NCBI RefSeq assembly: GCF_009914755.1
Contig: NC_060931.1
Direction: 5' to 3' (one strand)
Origin: the human T2T-CHM13v2.0 reference genome, Homo sapiens
DNA: 64,000 bases
In this document: one piece after another, positions 41,031 to 58,650 of the stretch
How the letters are laid out: every line of letters begins with the position of its first letter
Numbering within the stretch: the stretch's first letter is position 1
Position numbers and translations under genes: made by a program
Notes under the pieces: model-generated
What the model saw: the letters and a program-made list of their open reading frames with translations, nothing else
The model's database searches: none
What the model was told of the DNA's origin: nothing

Positions 41031-41604
41031 TTGCTTTCTGCTGGAGCCCTTAGCATTGATTTTTCTTTGTGCTGTTCCCTCTGTCAGTTTGGAAATGTGA
41101 AAGATTGTAACAGGAAAGTTCCATGTCAGTCTTTGTGGCCTCCCTGCTTTCAGCCTCCCTGAGTTCTAGCCTAGGCCAAAAGTGACACTGGAGTTTCTTC
41201 TCCTTTTTTTTTTTTCCCCCCATTGGTGAAGCTCGACAAAAATCAAGGTGATGGGACAGAGAAGGTACAGACAGATGAGGCAGTGGTAGGTGCCTCTGCC
41301 GCTAAAGAGTGCTATCGTCAATTTATTTATTGACTGTTAATAGTTACTAGTGACTACTAAAGTGTTCAGTTTTAATTTTTATTTTCTATCTTTATGACCA
41401 AGCATTGATTAGTTTCTATAAGCCTCCTGGGCCCAGTGATTGGCTCAACTGCTGAAATTATACCATATAGTTATATAAACATGTACCAAGCGTTGAGTGG
41501 CTGCTGCTGAGCTCTGTTCCCAATGGGGATCACGGCTGCAGCATTCATCCTGAGTTTTGCCTTCCCACTTCTAGCTGGGAGTGGAGGAACATCACATGTA
41601 AAGG

Positions 41605-41750
41605 CCAGGGCTATAGATTTAGGGACCTGGGTTTGAGTCCTGGTTAGAGTGTTGCCTTGGCCTTTCTGAGCTGTAGTCCCTTTTTATGTAAAACGAGGAT
41701 TTTAGTGCCTGCCTCATAGAGCTGTTGTAACTATTAAATGACACAAAACT
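41605..41750 (+). mobile_element. MIR fragment
   Basis: gacctgggtttgagtcctgg; cctcatagagctgttg. Confidence 0.65.
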
Positions 41751-41851
41751 TATGCTGTTGTTTATATTTACTTATTCCTGGAGCAAACTAAATGTTTTAT
41801 ACATTGTCCATAGAAATAATGTTTTAAAGTCCCTCTTAAAATGCAGAAACC

Positions 41852-42770
<919 letters not shown>

Positions 42771-42789
42771 TACATTATTATAATTATCA

Positions 42790-45480
<2,691 letters not shown>

Positions 45481-46449
45481 GTTTTGGCGTAGGTTATCAC
45501 TGCCCTAGCAAATGCTATCATGAGTTTAGGAGTGTGCTGCATCTTTCTCATGTATTTCTTTATATCTCTCTCCCCCTTCCCTCCCTCCGTTCTCCTCCCT
45601 TTCCTCTTCTTTCCCATTTCTTTCTCTCTCTGTGCCTGTTTTCCTTCCTTTCTGTGTCTTCCTCAGGATCTCCTTTTTTCTACCTCCTGCTCTGTCTGCT
45701 TCCTTTCATCTACTCCTTACCTCCTTGCTTCTCCAGCTCCATGGGAATACTCATTTTCAGTGCAGAGAGCACAGTGTTTTTCTGCTTGTGTCACTTACAA
45801 AACCAAGTCAGACCGAAGAGGTATTGCAGAGCAGCCCAGTAAGGGGTTAAAGCAGTATGTTTTCAAAATCGGCTGAATGTAAGTTCCTTTGGGAAGGTTT
45901 TTCTTTTTATATGGATCCCCCAGACCCATCCTCAGAGGTTTTGATTCTGTAGGTCTGGATGGGTGTCAGTGGGTATTTATTTCCAAATCTATCCAGGTGA
46001 TTGCAGTACCTGGCCATCTGTGGGTGAGTGCTGGCTCAGGGAAGTTGGACATGTGCTCCCCAGTGTGGGGGTAGCTTGCTTGGGTGACTGGACAACACAG
46101 GTTATTGCAGTCTTAGATAATTGGCTTCCACAACCACCCAGCTCAGCACAAGACAGCAGGGAGGGGTTCCAGCGGAGTAGAGACAATGGTGAAGTCGTGG
46201 TCTTCTGGCCGGATTCTGCATCTCAAATGGCAGCTTTGCATGAATGCAGCCGCAGTGTGGCAAATGGGCACAGGGGGGCAGTGTGGCCCCACGTGGCTCC
46301 GAAGCCCTCTGATTCTGCATGAGGCCTGACCCGGGCTGGAATGCCGGCTCCAGGAAAGCTGTGAGCTGGTGAAGGGCTCTCCCACTGCCTTCTTCCCCTT
46401 CCACTCTTAGTCCCTGTCCCACAGAACCTGGCTTTCAGATGATTAAAGT

Positions 46450-46650
46450 TCATCCACCATTTACTGAGCATGAATTATCTCATGTCGAACACTGTCCTGG
46501 GTTATTTCATTTAATCTTCATAACAATCCAAGAAAGGCATATGATTTCCACCCTACGCAGAGGAAGCTGCAGTTTGGGGAAGTTAATTAGTTTCCCAGTG
46601 ATGGCAGAGCCAGGATTGAGACCAAAGCCTGTCTGACTCCAACCCCAGTT
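46450..46650 (-). mobile_element. MIR
   Basis: catttactgagc, atttaatcttca, ggcagagccaggatt. Confidence 0.7.
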
Positions 46651-47022
46651 GAGTGGAATTCTTTGCATTCAGTAACTGCTGCTCAATACAGGTAACAAAT
46701 AGTTGATTCTGAACATATTAGGTGCTAATTTACCAGTTAATTTATTCATGCACGCTGATTGTTTCCCCTTTCTTCCTTCTTTAAAGAGATCAGTAAGAAT
46801 AACCGAGTTAGCTAAGAAAGCTCAAAGCCCGAGGTCTGTTTGGATTTTAACAGGAGACTCTGAAGAAACAAAGAATGAAATAGCTGATGGTGAAATAGTG
46901 GCCATGGGGTTGGCTTCTCCATTCAACTAGGCCAGGGTATCACACTAAGAGTCTGCAGATCAAATGCAGGATTTTATTTGGCTAACATGATGTTATTTAA
47001 AAACCTAAATTCCAGTGGTTTT

Positions 47023-47064
47023 GTTGTTTATTTAGAGACAGAGTCTCCTTCTGTCGCCCAGGCT
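47023..47064 (-). mobile_element. Ultra-truncated Alu 3' end
   Basis: gagacagagtctccttctgtcgcccaggct between exact 14-bp TSDs ATTCCAGTGGTTTT. Confidence 0.9.
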
Positions 47065-48474
47065 ATTCCAGTGGTTTTAGGTGGGACATCTGCTTTGCAG
47101 TTTATCACAATCCCACCCTTCCCCTTTCTGTACATCTTTCTGCTTTGCTCCTTGATGCTACCTGCCTGGCATCCGCTAACAGCAGTGCCGGGCTGACGGG
47201 TCCTGTCACACTCCTGCAAGATGAGAACTGGCTTTGGGCCCTGCTCTGTCTCTTTCCCTTGCTCCACTTCCCTCCCAGGTGCTTCCCTCCCAGGTGCCAT
47301 CATTGGCCCTCACACCTGTGTTGGGTGCGTCAGTCAGTCTGCTCTGCTGCTTCTAGCACCCAGATCAGTCCCAGGTTCGCCAGGGCTAAATTTAACCTGC
47401 AGCTGCTTCATCAGATGCTCGGGTATTTTCAGCCCTAGGAGCCTCGGGTGGCTGAGCTGAAAGTAGCTGAGGACTGCTGGCCAGGGCTTACGTCCAGTGT
47501 TGTGGATTGAAATTAGCATCCAGGTTGGTCCAAGGTCTTGGCTACCCCCCACACTGTGCTTCCATTTTTCTTAACTGAAGATGAGGAGAAGAGAGAGAAG
47601 GCAAGAACTGGCAGAGAATAAGACAACACAAAATAGATCCTGGGATCCCTCTGAATTTGCTCCATCATTCCTCCCTTCTCCACAGCCAGGAATGCCCCTC
47701 TGGTTGGTGGCCTAGCAGAGGGTACAGTCTGCATCACACAGTGAAGTGCTGCCAGCTGGCCTGTTCTCTCCCAAGCCACTGTTTTGGGCAGCCACCAGCC
47801 TTGCTCTGAGCTCCAGCATTCATGTGTCTGTCATTCAGTGTCCTTTCCTGACATGGGCATTCACCAACAGGACTATGTTCCCCAAAGCCTTGGCCCATGA
47901 CCTCTGAAAGTTCCCTGCTGATGTGTGCTGTGGAGTCGATAGTCCCTCTGGCCAAGTAAGCAGATGGGTGTGCAAAACTGCAGGCTGTCAGTGGCATTTA
48001 CAAAGAGAAGAGGAATGTGGGTCCAGAGATGGGGCAGGCGGCCTTGAGGGGAGGAGAGGAGAGGAGATGCATGTGGAGGGGGGTTGTAGCCCCTAGGTCC
48101 TGGGGCCCTGGGATGGAGGAGGTGCCTGCCTGGGCATGAACCATCCTGCCTATCCTCAGCTGATGTCCTTGGCAACAGGCTGTCAGCCATCATCAAACCT
48201 CCTGTGAAGCCAAGTGAAGCAAAGTCCTCCCTTTCTCCCTAAATCCTACATGTCCAAGGCAGGAGATGTTCCCCTGACTACTACTTTAGTAGGTGCCCAG
48301 TGGGTGGCACCTCTAGCCCACAGCTCCAACACTAGAAGGGCTGTAGGGATCCTTTGTTTGGATCTGCTCATGTTACAGACAGGCAAGCTGTAGCCCTCAG
48401 AGGTTGTAAGTTTCATGGCTGGAACCCTGACCTCCTGATATGAGTCCTCAGCACCCTTCTCTCTTTCACGCCAA

Positions 48475-49010
48475 TATTCACAATACCTAACAATCAGGAT
48501 TCTGTACCAGGCACTATTTCATTTTATTTGTTTGAGACAGGGCCTCGCTCTGTCACCCAGGCTGGAGTGTGGTGGCATGATCACAGCTCACTTCAGCCTC
48601 AACTTCCCTGGGCTCAATCGATCCTCCTGCTTCAGCCTTCTGGGTAGCTGGGACTAGAGGCACATGCCACCACGCCTGGCTAATTTTCCATTTTTTGTAG
48701 AGACGAGGTCCCACTATGTTGCCAGGGTGGGCTCCAACTCCTGGGTGCAAGCGATCCCTGCCTTGACCTCCCAAAGTGCTGAAATTATAGGTGTGAGCCA
48801 CTGTGTTGGGCCCACCAGGCACTATTGTAAACACTTCTCAGGTATTAACTCATTTAGACCTTGTGTGAGGTAGGCACTGCTATCATCCCCATTTCACAGA
48901 TGAGGACGCTGAGACTCAGAGAGGTAAGTGACTTGCCCAAGGTCCTGCAGGAATTGAAGCTGGGTGTTCTGGCTCCAGAGCCCAAGTTCTTCACTACTGT
49001 GCATACTGCC
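48475..49010 (-). mobile_element. MIR interrupted by AluJ
   Basis: ccccatttcacagatgagg..tgacttgcccaaggtc core. Confidence 0.8.
48519..48813 (-). mobile_element. AluJ
   Basis: 13-bp TSD ACCAGGCACTATT. Confidence 0.95.
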
Positions 49011-49029
49011 TCTCGCAGGACTTCCTGGG

Positions 49030-49172
49030 ACTGCCTATTTCATGTCCATCTCCTGCACCAGATTGTAAACCTCTTGATGAAAAGGATTCTGTTTTAGTCC
49101 CCCTTGGGTCCCCCAGATTACGCCAGAGCTCAACACAGTGGAAGCTCAAGCGAATGTTGGTTGAATGAATGG
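49030..49172 (+). mobile_element. L2 3' end
   Basis: agattgtaaacctc..acacagtggaagctcaa..ttgaatgaatg. Confidence 0.7.
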
Positions 49173-49689
49173 AAGAAGAAAAGCATCAGTTAAACCATTG
49201 TTCCTTACCCTGCATTTCTTGGAACCAATGTCTCTGAGAGCTTCCTGAGTATAGGGTGGGACATTTTGGCCTCTGGGCAGAACCCAGCTGGGTAAGAAAG
49301 CAGCCCTTCCCTGGGTGGGACCCTCCTGGCTTCTCACTCCGCCTGTGTGACTATGAAGCGGGAGCGCTGCATATTTTCTTCTTCAGAGCAAACACCTGGG
49401 TTGATTGTTTTGGCAACTGTCCTGCAGACTGAGGAGCACGCGGAGCATGTGGAGTGTCCGGCTGACTGCTGTGACTGTGGCAGCAGCGTCACCTCTGTGT
49501 GGGGCCAGAGACAGTGAGGGCTCCCTCTTTTGTGCCTCAGCCGCTGTGTTCTTGAGGCTCAGACCCACAAAGGTCTCTGAGTATCCAGTTTTCTGAGGCT
49601 AATGCAGGGGAAGGGACCCAATGTGGGTAGGGGTAAGGTTGGGGTGGGGTGAGGGGTGCCGAGTAGATGGGGCTTGCACTGGGACCTGG

Positions 49690-50166
<477 letters not shown>

Positions 50167-50185
<19 letters not shown>

Positions 50186-50359
50186 ACATTCACCTGGAAG
50201 ACGACAAGAAACAGCTATGGCTGATTATTCAGCCCATGGCTGTTTCTCTTGTCATCTTCTAGGTGAGTGTATCTGGCAGTGGATGTTGCGGTGACTTCCA
50301 GGTGATTGTGTCTGGCAGTGGATGTCATGGTGACGGCGAGAGAAACAGCCCCGGGCTGA
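50167..50359. repeat. Inverted repeat (58/64-bp arms, 4-nt loop) plus 39-bp tandem duplication and a second inverted copy
   Basis: Manual alignment: 51 of 58 left-arm bases match the reverse complement of the right arm. Confidence 0.9.
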
Positions 50360-50392
50360 AGCCATGCTGAGAAGCAGCAACAACAGGAGAAA

Positions 50393-50575
50393 CAATGGTT
50401 CTGAGTGCCAGAATCACCAGTTAGCAGCAGCACCTCCTGGGAATTTGTTAGAAATACACATTCTCAGCCCCACATCAGATTCGGTCAGGAACTCTGGGGA
50501 AGGGGCCCAGGAATCTGTATCTTAACAAGCCCTCGAGATGATTCTGATGCAAGCCAAAGTTTGAGAACCACAGTT
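50393..50575. mobile_element. MER5A
   Basis: cagcagcacctcctgggaatttgttagaaat..ttaacaagccctc..gtttgagaaccac. Confidence 0.85.
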
Positions 50576-51487
50576 CTAGACTACCCCATTGGCAGGACTG
50601 ATTGAAGACGTCAAAGAGTATTTATTGAGTTCACATATTTTGTAGAAGGTGGCATTCAAGGCATGTTGCAGACTGAATACAACCCTTGTCTCCCTCTTCC
50701 TCACCCTGATGGAAACTCTGGACCAAGTATGAGAACCTTAAAGAGCAACAAAGTACATGGAGCCAATCATTGCATTGGCCCAAATCCTACATCTACAGGA
50801 AAAGGGAACAGAAGATATATTTTTATCCAAGATTTGTCACATCTGTGGGCCTCCAAAGATCAGCAAAATAAGACATTAATACTTTTCAATCTTTTTCAAG
50901 TTGTAATATGCTAATAACTGATGGGTTAAATTACAAATCATGATCTGTTCCCAAAGACTCTCAATACACATAATTACTTAGAAACAACAATTAGCCTTGG
51001 AAATTAATGATTAAAACCAACACAATTTATTACTAAACTATGTCCTCAAAGCAAGAAGTGGTGTTTAAAGAACCTCCCAGTAGGACTAACGCTTGTGAAA
51101 AAGTTAATTTAGGTAGGCTAATTTAAAAACCAACATAGGCCCTCTTTTGGATCACCATTTATGTAAAATCATGTTAGTAAGTATCTTAAGTTTTAACTCC
51201 TATCTATTCAAGACGATTGATTTATGAAATTTTAATTTTTCTGAATCAGAAGTTGACACTTAGATCATCTTTTTTGGTTGCTTTAATTAACAGGCTTCTA
51301 CTTTCCCTTTCTTTGTGGTTGCATAGTATCAGAAGCCACTCCTTTATTTTCAACTTCTTAAAATCACTTTGTTTTACATTTCTTTTTTGCATGTAGTACA
51401 TAGCTGGATTTGTTTTTAAGCCAACCTGACAGTCTGTTTTTTAATGGGTTAATTCAGTTTGTTTATATTTAGTGACAACTGATAATA

Positions 51488-51726
51488 CAGTTGACCCTTG
51501 AACAACACGGGTATGATCTGGGAGACTCTACTAATACGCAGATTTTTTTCAACCAAACTCAGATTGAAAATACAGTACTCCCTGGATGTGAAACCCACTT
51601 TAACAGAGGGCTGACTTTTCACATAGGCAGGTTCCACAGGGCTGACTTTGGGACTTGGGAATGAGCAGATTTGGGCATCTGTGGGGGTCCTGAAACCAAA
51701 CCCCCAAGTGTAACAAAGGATAACTA
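51488..51726 (-). mobile_element. MER8 (Tigger-type MITE)
   Basis: cagttgacccttgaacaacacggg start, ~239 bp, TA flanks. Confidence 0.85.
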
Positions 51727-51769
51727 TACTCACTTTCCTTCTGCCAACTTAAGTATGTTCACTGTTTGT

Positions 51770-52081
51770 TTTATTTTTTTATTTTTTATTTTCTTTGAGA
51801 TGGAGTCTTGCTCTGTCACCCAGACTGGAGTGCAGTGGCCCGATCTTGGCTCACTGCAACCTCCGCCTCCTGGGTTCAAGCGATTCTCCTGCTTCAGCCT
51901 CCTGAGTAGCTGGAATTAAAGGTGAATGCCACCATGCCTGGCTAATTTTTGTATTTTTATTAGAGACGGGGTTTCACTGTGTTGGCCAGGCTGGTCTCAA
52001 ACTCCTCCTGACCTCAGGTGATCTACCCGCCTCGGCCTCCCAAAGTGTTGGGATTACAGGCGTGAGCCACCGTGCCTAGCC
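51770..52081 (-). mobile_element. AluS
   Basis: Full antisense dimer. Confidence 0.95.
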
Positions 52082-52778
52082 TGTTGTTCGTTTTATTTTG
52101 CTGGTTCCTCTTTATTCCTTTTCTTATGGTTTGGTTAAGTTACCATTTATTCCCTTTTCCCCCGTTGTTAATTTTTAGCAGCTTCATTGAGGTATAATTG
52201 ACATATACAATAAACTGCACATTTTAGATTATGCAAGTTGATAAGTCTTGACATATGTACAGGTCCTAAAACAGTCACCAAAATTCAGGTGATGAACATA
52301 TTTATCATCCTTAAAAGTTTCCTAGTGCCCTTTTGTAGTTTCTTCCTCCCATCAACTTTCTGTTACAGTTTGTACTTTAAAGAATTTTATATAAATGAAA
52401 TCATACAGTATGTGTATGTTTTTGTTTGGCTTCTTTCAGTCAGCATTCTTTTGTTTTTGAGATTATAAATTGTGTGCCAGTAGCTTCTTTGTTTTTATTG
52501 CTGAGTAGTATTCCACTGTATGGATATGCCATAGTTGACATTCACCTGTTAGATCCATGGTATGGATATTCCATAGTTGGCGTTCATTTACCTGTTGATG
52601 AACATTTAAGTGGTTTCCAGTTTTGTGCTATTACAAATAATGCTGCTATGAACACTGATGTGTAGATCTTTGTGTGCATGTACATTTTCATTTATCTTGG
52701 CTAAATACCTACAGTTGGAATGTCTGGATCAAATAGTAGGAGTATGTTTAACATATTATGAAATGTTCATATTGTTTT

Positions 52779-53072
52779 TATTTTTTTAATTTTAATTTTT
52801 TATTTTTTTGAGAAGGAGTCTCTGTTGCCCAGGCTGGAGTGCAGTGGTGTGATCTCAGCTCACTGTAACTTCTGCCCCTCGGGGTCAAGCAATTCCCCTA
52901 CTTCAGCCTCCTGAGTAGCTGGGCCTACAGGCGCCTGGCTAAATTTTGTATTTTTAGTAGAGATGGGTTTCACCATCTTGGCCAGGCTGGTCTTGAACTC
53001 CTGAACTCATGATCCACCCGCCTCAGCCTCCCAAAGTGCTGGGATTACAGGCATGAGCCACTGCGCCCAGCC
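52779..53072 (-). mobile_element. AluS
   Basis: Antisense dimer, TSD tcata..tttt. Confidence 0.93.
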
Positions 53073-53211
53073 TCATACTATTTTTAAAGTCAGCGTTCCA
53101 CATATAGTGGGTCTGTAAAATGACCCACTATCAGTGTATGATAATTCAGTTTATTCACCCGTCTCCAACCTTAGTATGTTTAGTCTTTTTAATTTAAGCA
53201 CTCTAATAGGT

Positions 53212-53610
53212 GTGTCAAACCTAAATAACAGAGAAGGAGACTCTGAAAGAAAGATTTATTCAGGAATGGGCATTGAAATGGGAATATGTGTGGGCGTATT
53301 CAGGAAGATAAGGCAAAAGTTTTTAAAGGTAAAATGAAGAAGATTAAGTTGTTTTCAGCCAATCCTTGGCTACTAGGACCAATAGCAAGGGTGGCATCGA
53401 TTCAATTGCTAGGCAGATGTCCTTGTAGAAGTAGTTTTTTGTAAGGTAGTGGCAGCCTTTGTGCAAGGTTGTGGTTTTTGCAGAGTCTTTTGTGATAGTT
53501 CCTGTTATCAGGCATACGTGCATGAAAGTCCTTCCTTCATGGCCTTCCTTAGCTCTGTTTGTCAGGGTTTTGACACAAGTGACTCCATTTTGATTCTGAC
53601 AACTTTTGCA
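53212..53610 (-). mobile_element. MER67-like ERV1 solo LTR
   Basis: ttgacacaagtgactccattttgattctgacaact terminus. Confidence 0.75.
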
Positions 53611-54445
53611 GACGTATGATGGTATCTGATTGTGGTTTGAATTTGCATTTCTCTAATGTAATGATGTTGAGAAAGTTTTAAAGGTTTATTTGCCATCTGT
53701 GTATCTTATTTGGTGAAATGTGTTTTCAAATCTGACTATTTTTAATGGTTGTTTGTATCTTATTTTATTGTTTGTCTCGTATTACTGGGTTTGAGAGTTC
53801 ATTATATATTTTGGATAAGAGTCCTTTATCAGACATATAATTTGTAAATATTTTCTCCCGATTTCTGGCCTTTCATTCTTAACAGTATCTTTCAAAGAGC
53901 AGAAATTTTTGTCTTCAATGAAGTCAAATTGTCAAATTTTCCATTTATGGATTGTGCGTTGAATACTATAGCTGTGAAACCTTCACCTAGTATAAGGTCA
54001 CAAAGATATTTTCCTAGATTTCCTTCTAGAAGTTTTGTAGTTTTAGGTTTTACACTTGAGTCTATGATCAATTTTGAGTTAATTCTTGAATATGACATGT
54101 GGATCAAAGCACTTTTTTTTGCATATGGATATATAATTGTGTCAGCGTCATTCATTAGGAAGAACATTCTTTCTCCTCTGAATTTCTTTTGCACCTTTAT
54201 AAAAAATCAATTGTCCATTCATATGTGGGTCTATTTCTAGACTATGCTGTTCCATTGATCTATTTGTCTATGTTTATACTAATAACCATACTGTCTTGAT
54301 ATTTGTAGAATTATAATAAACACTGAAATCAGATGGTGTTAGTCCTTCAGTTTCATTCTTTTCAAAGTTGTCTATTCTCTGTCTTTTGCGTTTCCATATA
54401 AATTCAGTCTTTCACCACTACGTATGATATTAGCTATGGGTTTTT

Positions 54446-54750
54446 CCTTTTTTTTTTTTGCTTGAGACTGAGTGTCGCTCTGTTGCCCAGGCTGGAGGGC
54501 AGTGGCGTGATCTTGGCTCACAGCGACCTCCACCTCCCTGGTTCAAGCAATTCCCCTGCCTCAGCCTCCTGAATAGCTGGGATTACAGGCTCATGCCACC
54601 ACACCCAGCTTTTTTTGTATTTTTTTTTTTAGTAGAGATGGGGTTTCACCATGTTGGCCAGGCTGGTCTCAAACTCCTGATCTCAGGCAATCCGCCAGCC
54701 TTGGCCTCCCAAAGTGCTGGGATTACAGGCGTGAGCCGCCGCACCCAGCT
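54446..54750 (-). mobile_element. AluS
   Basis: TSD gctatgggtttttc. Confidence 0.95.
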
Positions 54751-54941
54751 AAGGCTATGGGTTTTTCATAGATGCTCTTTAGCTGACTGGGAAAGTTCTC
54801 TTCTATTTGGATTTGTTGAGAGTTTTTATCTGGAATTGGATGTGGGATATTGTCAAATGCTTTTTCTGAATCCATTGAAATGATTATGTGTTTTTTCATT
54901 TTAGTTTGTTCATATGGTGAATTATATTGAAAAAATATTGC

Positions 54942-55276
<335 letters not shown>

Positions 55277-55849
55277 TTAAACTCCTCTTGGTCATGACTA
55301 ACTGACAGCTTAAATGGGATAATACGTCATGTTATCTTGGTCAGATAATGTGTCAGTTAAACAGTTGTCTTTTAAAGTATAAGAAAAAATCATGTTGTCT
55401 TGGTCAGATAACATCAGTCAGTTAAACAGTTGTCTTTTAAAGTATAATAATAAGAAAAAAATCTTGTGTGTTTACAACTGTAGTGATCATTTCCAGTGGT
55501 CTTCAGTCTTCAGTCCACACTTAACATTTGGCATCCTTTTACTTGCCTTCCCTTTCCCACTCCTTCCCTTTCTCTCTCCCTCTTACCTTTCTGAAAGACT
55601 TTATCACTTTTTGTAATGTGAATCTGCTGGTGATAAATTCTTTCAATTTTATATGTCTCAAAATGTACTTAATTCACCTCATTTTTGAAAGATATTCTTA
55701 CTGGGTGTAGATTTTTTTTTTCTCTCAGTCCTTCAAAGATTTTGCTTCATTGTTGTCTCACTTGCACTGCTTCTAACAAAGTCTGCCCAAATGCTTATCT
55801 TGGTTCCTCTGTATGTAAAGTATCTTTTTTCTCTGGCTGGTTTTAAGAC

Positions 55850-56267
<418 letters not shown>

Positions 56268-56814
56268 TAAATTTTGAAACATCTCAGATATATTCACTTA
56301 TTTTTTCTGTTCCTTTCTCTTTCTTCGCTCCTCTGGAGACTCTAATGGCACATGTATTAGGAAACACCTGATGTTTCCTACAGACAAATAACGGTATGTT
56401 ATTTTATATTTGAGTGTTTTTTTCTCCGTGTTTTATTTTAGATAGCTTCTATACCTATGTCTTTAAATCTGCTAACCTTTTTTTCTGTACTGTCTAATCT
56501 GCTTTTACTTCCCTAGTGTGTTTTAAATCTCAAATATTGTAATTTTCATCTCTGGAAGTTCAATTTGGGTCTTTACAAAATATCTCCCATGTTTCTACAT
56601 GACACATTCACTATTTCCTCTAGCTTTCTGAATACATAGAATATAGTTGTAAGTTTTAATGTCCTTTTCTTCTAAGTCTAGCATCTGTGTTCAGTCTGGG
56701 TTGGCTTCAGTTGATTGATTTTTTTTCTCCTTATAATGGATTGTAGTTTTCCGCTTCTTTGTGTGTCTTGTGAAATTTGATTGGCTGCCAGATATTATGT
56801 TTATCTTGTTGGTA

Positions 56815-57399
56815 CCAGAATATCCACGTGGAGTATCTTCCAAGACCCCTAGTGGATACATGAAACCAAGGATAATACAGAACCCTAGAAATATTATGCA
56901 CAAATTTCTTTTTCCTTGTTCACAATTCCACAGATTGAAGATTTGTTCTTACCGTAGGTCTTAGCAACTTCAGCATATATATGTATTTTACCTATCCAAG
57001 GAAAATGTTCACCTTTTCACTTAAAGGAAGCACTTATTGGCTTCTCTTTGGCATATCTGAATTGCCAGCATTACTACTCTCATGCTTTGTAGGCATTATT
57101 AAGTAAAATAAGGGTTGCTTGAACATAAGCACTGCAATACTGCCTCATTCAATCTGCTAACCCAGATGGCTACTGACTAATGGGAGGATAGGGTATACAA
57201 CAGTGTGGATACGCTGGACAAAGGGATGATTCATGTCCCGGGCAGGACAGAGCAGGAGAGTGTGAGATGTTAATCTTGCTACTCAGAAAGGTGCGCAATT
57301 TAAAACTTGTGAATTTTCCGTTTAATATTTTTAGGCCACAGTTGACCATGGGTAACTGAAACTGCAGAAGGTGAAACTGTGAATAAGAAGGGACTACTG
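56815..57399 (+). mobile_element. MER44-type (Tigger7 derivative)
   Basis: ttccaagacccc..; gctggacaaagggatgattca; gggtaactgaaac..gggactactg terminus. Confidence 0.85.
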
Positions 57400-58363
57400 T
57401 ATTTTTATGTTTTTATAAATATTCTTGAGTTTTGTTTTGGGATGCAGTTAATATTTTGGAACAATTTGATTCTTTCAGAGGTTATTTTTAAGGTTGTTAT
57501 GTGGGGCCAGAACTGTCTTGAGGTTTAGTTGCTTCTCACTATTGAGGTAAGACGCTTTGGAGTATCTACCACATAACCTCTGAATCATAATGTTTTCTAA
57601 TTTGGATGGCAGAAAAAAGGGACCATTTCTGGGCTGGCGTGTGTTCTATGTTCTATTTCACTTAACTCTTTCAGATAGTTCTTCTCATATGTGCTCTGAT
57701 CAGTATTTGCTGAATACTCGAGAAAAACCCTCTGCAGATGTCTGGAGCGTGCTCTCTCTCTCTCTCTCTCGCACTCTTTCTCTCGCTTCTCTTTCTCTGC
57801 AGTTCTCTCCTTTATGGTACCCTAGCCTACATGCCAGCCATGTGAACTCTAGCTGCCTTTGTCTTCTTGGCTTTTCAGCTTTTTAACTCAAAGAATCTGT
57901 CAAGCTCCCCAGGTTCATTTCTTGTTTATTTCTTTAAGGGATCACTTTTCTTTGTTGTATGGTGTTCAGTGCCTTAAAAATCATAGTTTCATGTTTTTTT
58001 CCTCTCTGTGTATGTTTTTAAAAGTGGTTTTAGGAGTGAGGGCAAATATAGTCCTTGTTCCTCCATCTTCCTTGGAAGCAGAAGTTCCCAGATTCTGCCT
58101 TTAGTCAAAGCCTCAATGGAAGAAATCCTGCAGAAGGTTACTCCCTACATTCACTCTCAGAGGGAGGCTCTTCTTCTTGACATCCTCCTTTCTGGCTGAA
58201 TGGGAGACCTGAGGGCTGTGGCTCAGACAGGGTTCTTGGGAGCTATGCCTAGGATGTGGGATTGGAAAGCCCAACTCTTTCTGTGAGGGTGAAAAAGTAA
58301 AAGTGCTGCCCTTATCTTAGATAAGAGAGAGTCAGAGAGTATAGACACAGATCTTTTCTTTAA

Positions 58364-58650
<287 letters not shown>

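Noticed and set aside
45560-45740. CT-rich tract with ORFs in three frames
   Set aside because: Low-complexity sequence with no regular unit or coding signal
48294-48312. Second CTCF-like sequence CCAGTGGGTGGCA
   Set aside because: Lacks the conserved A of the core; weak match only
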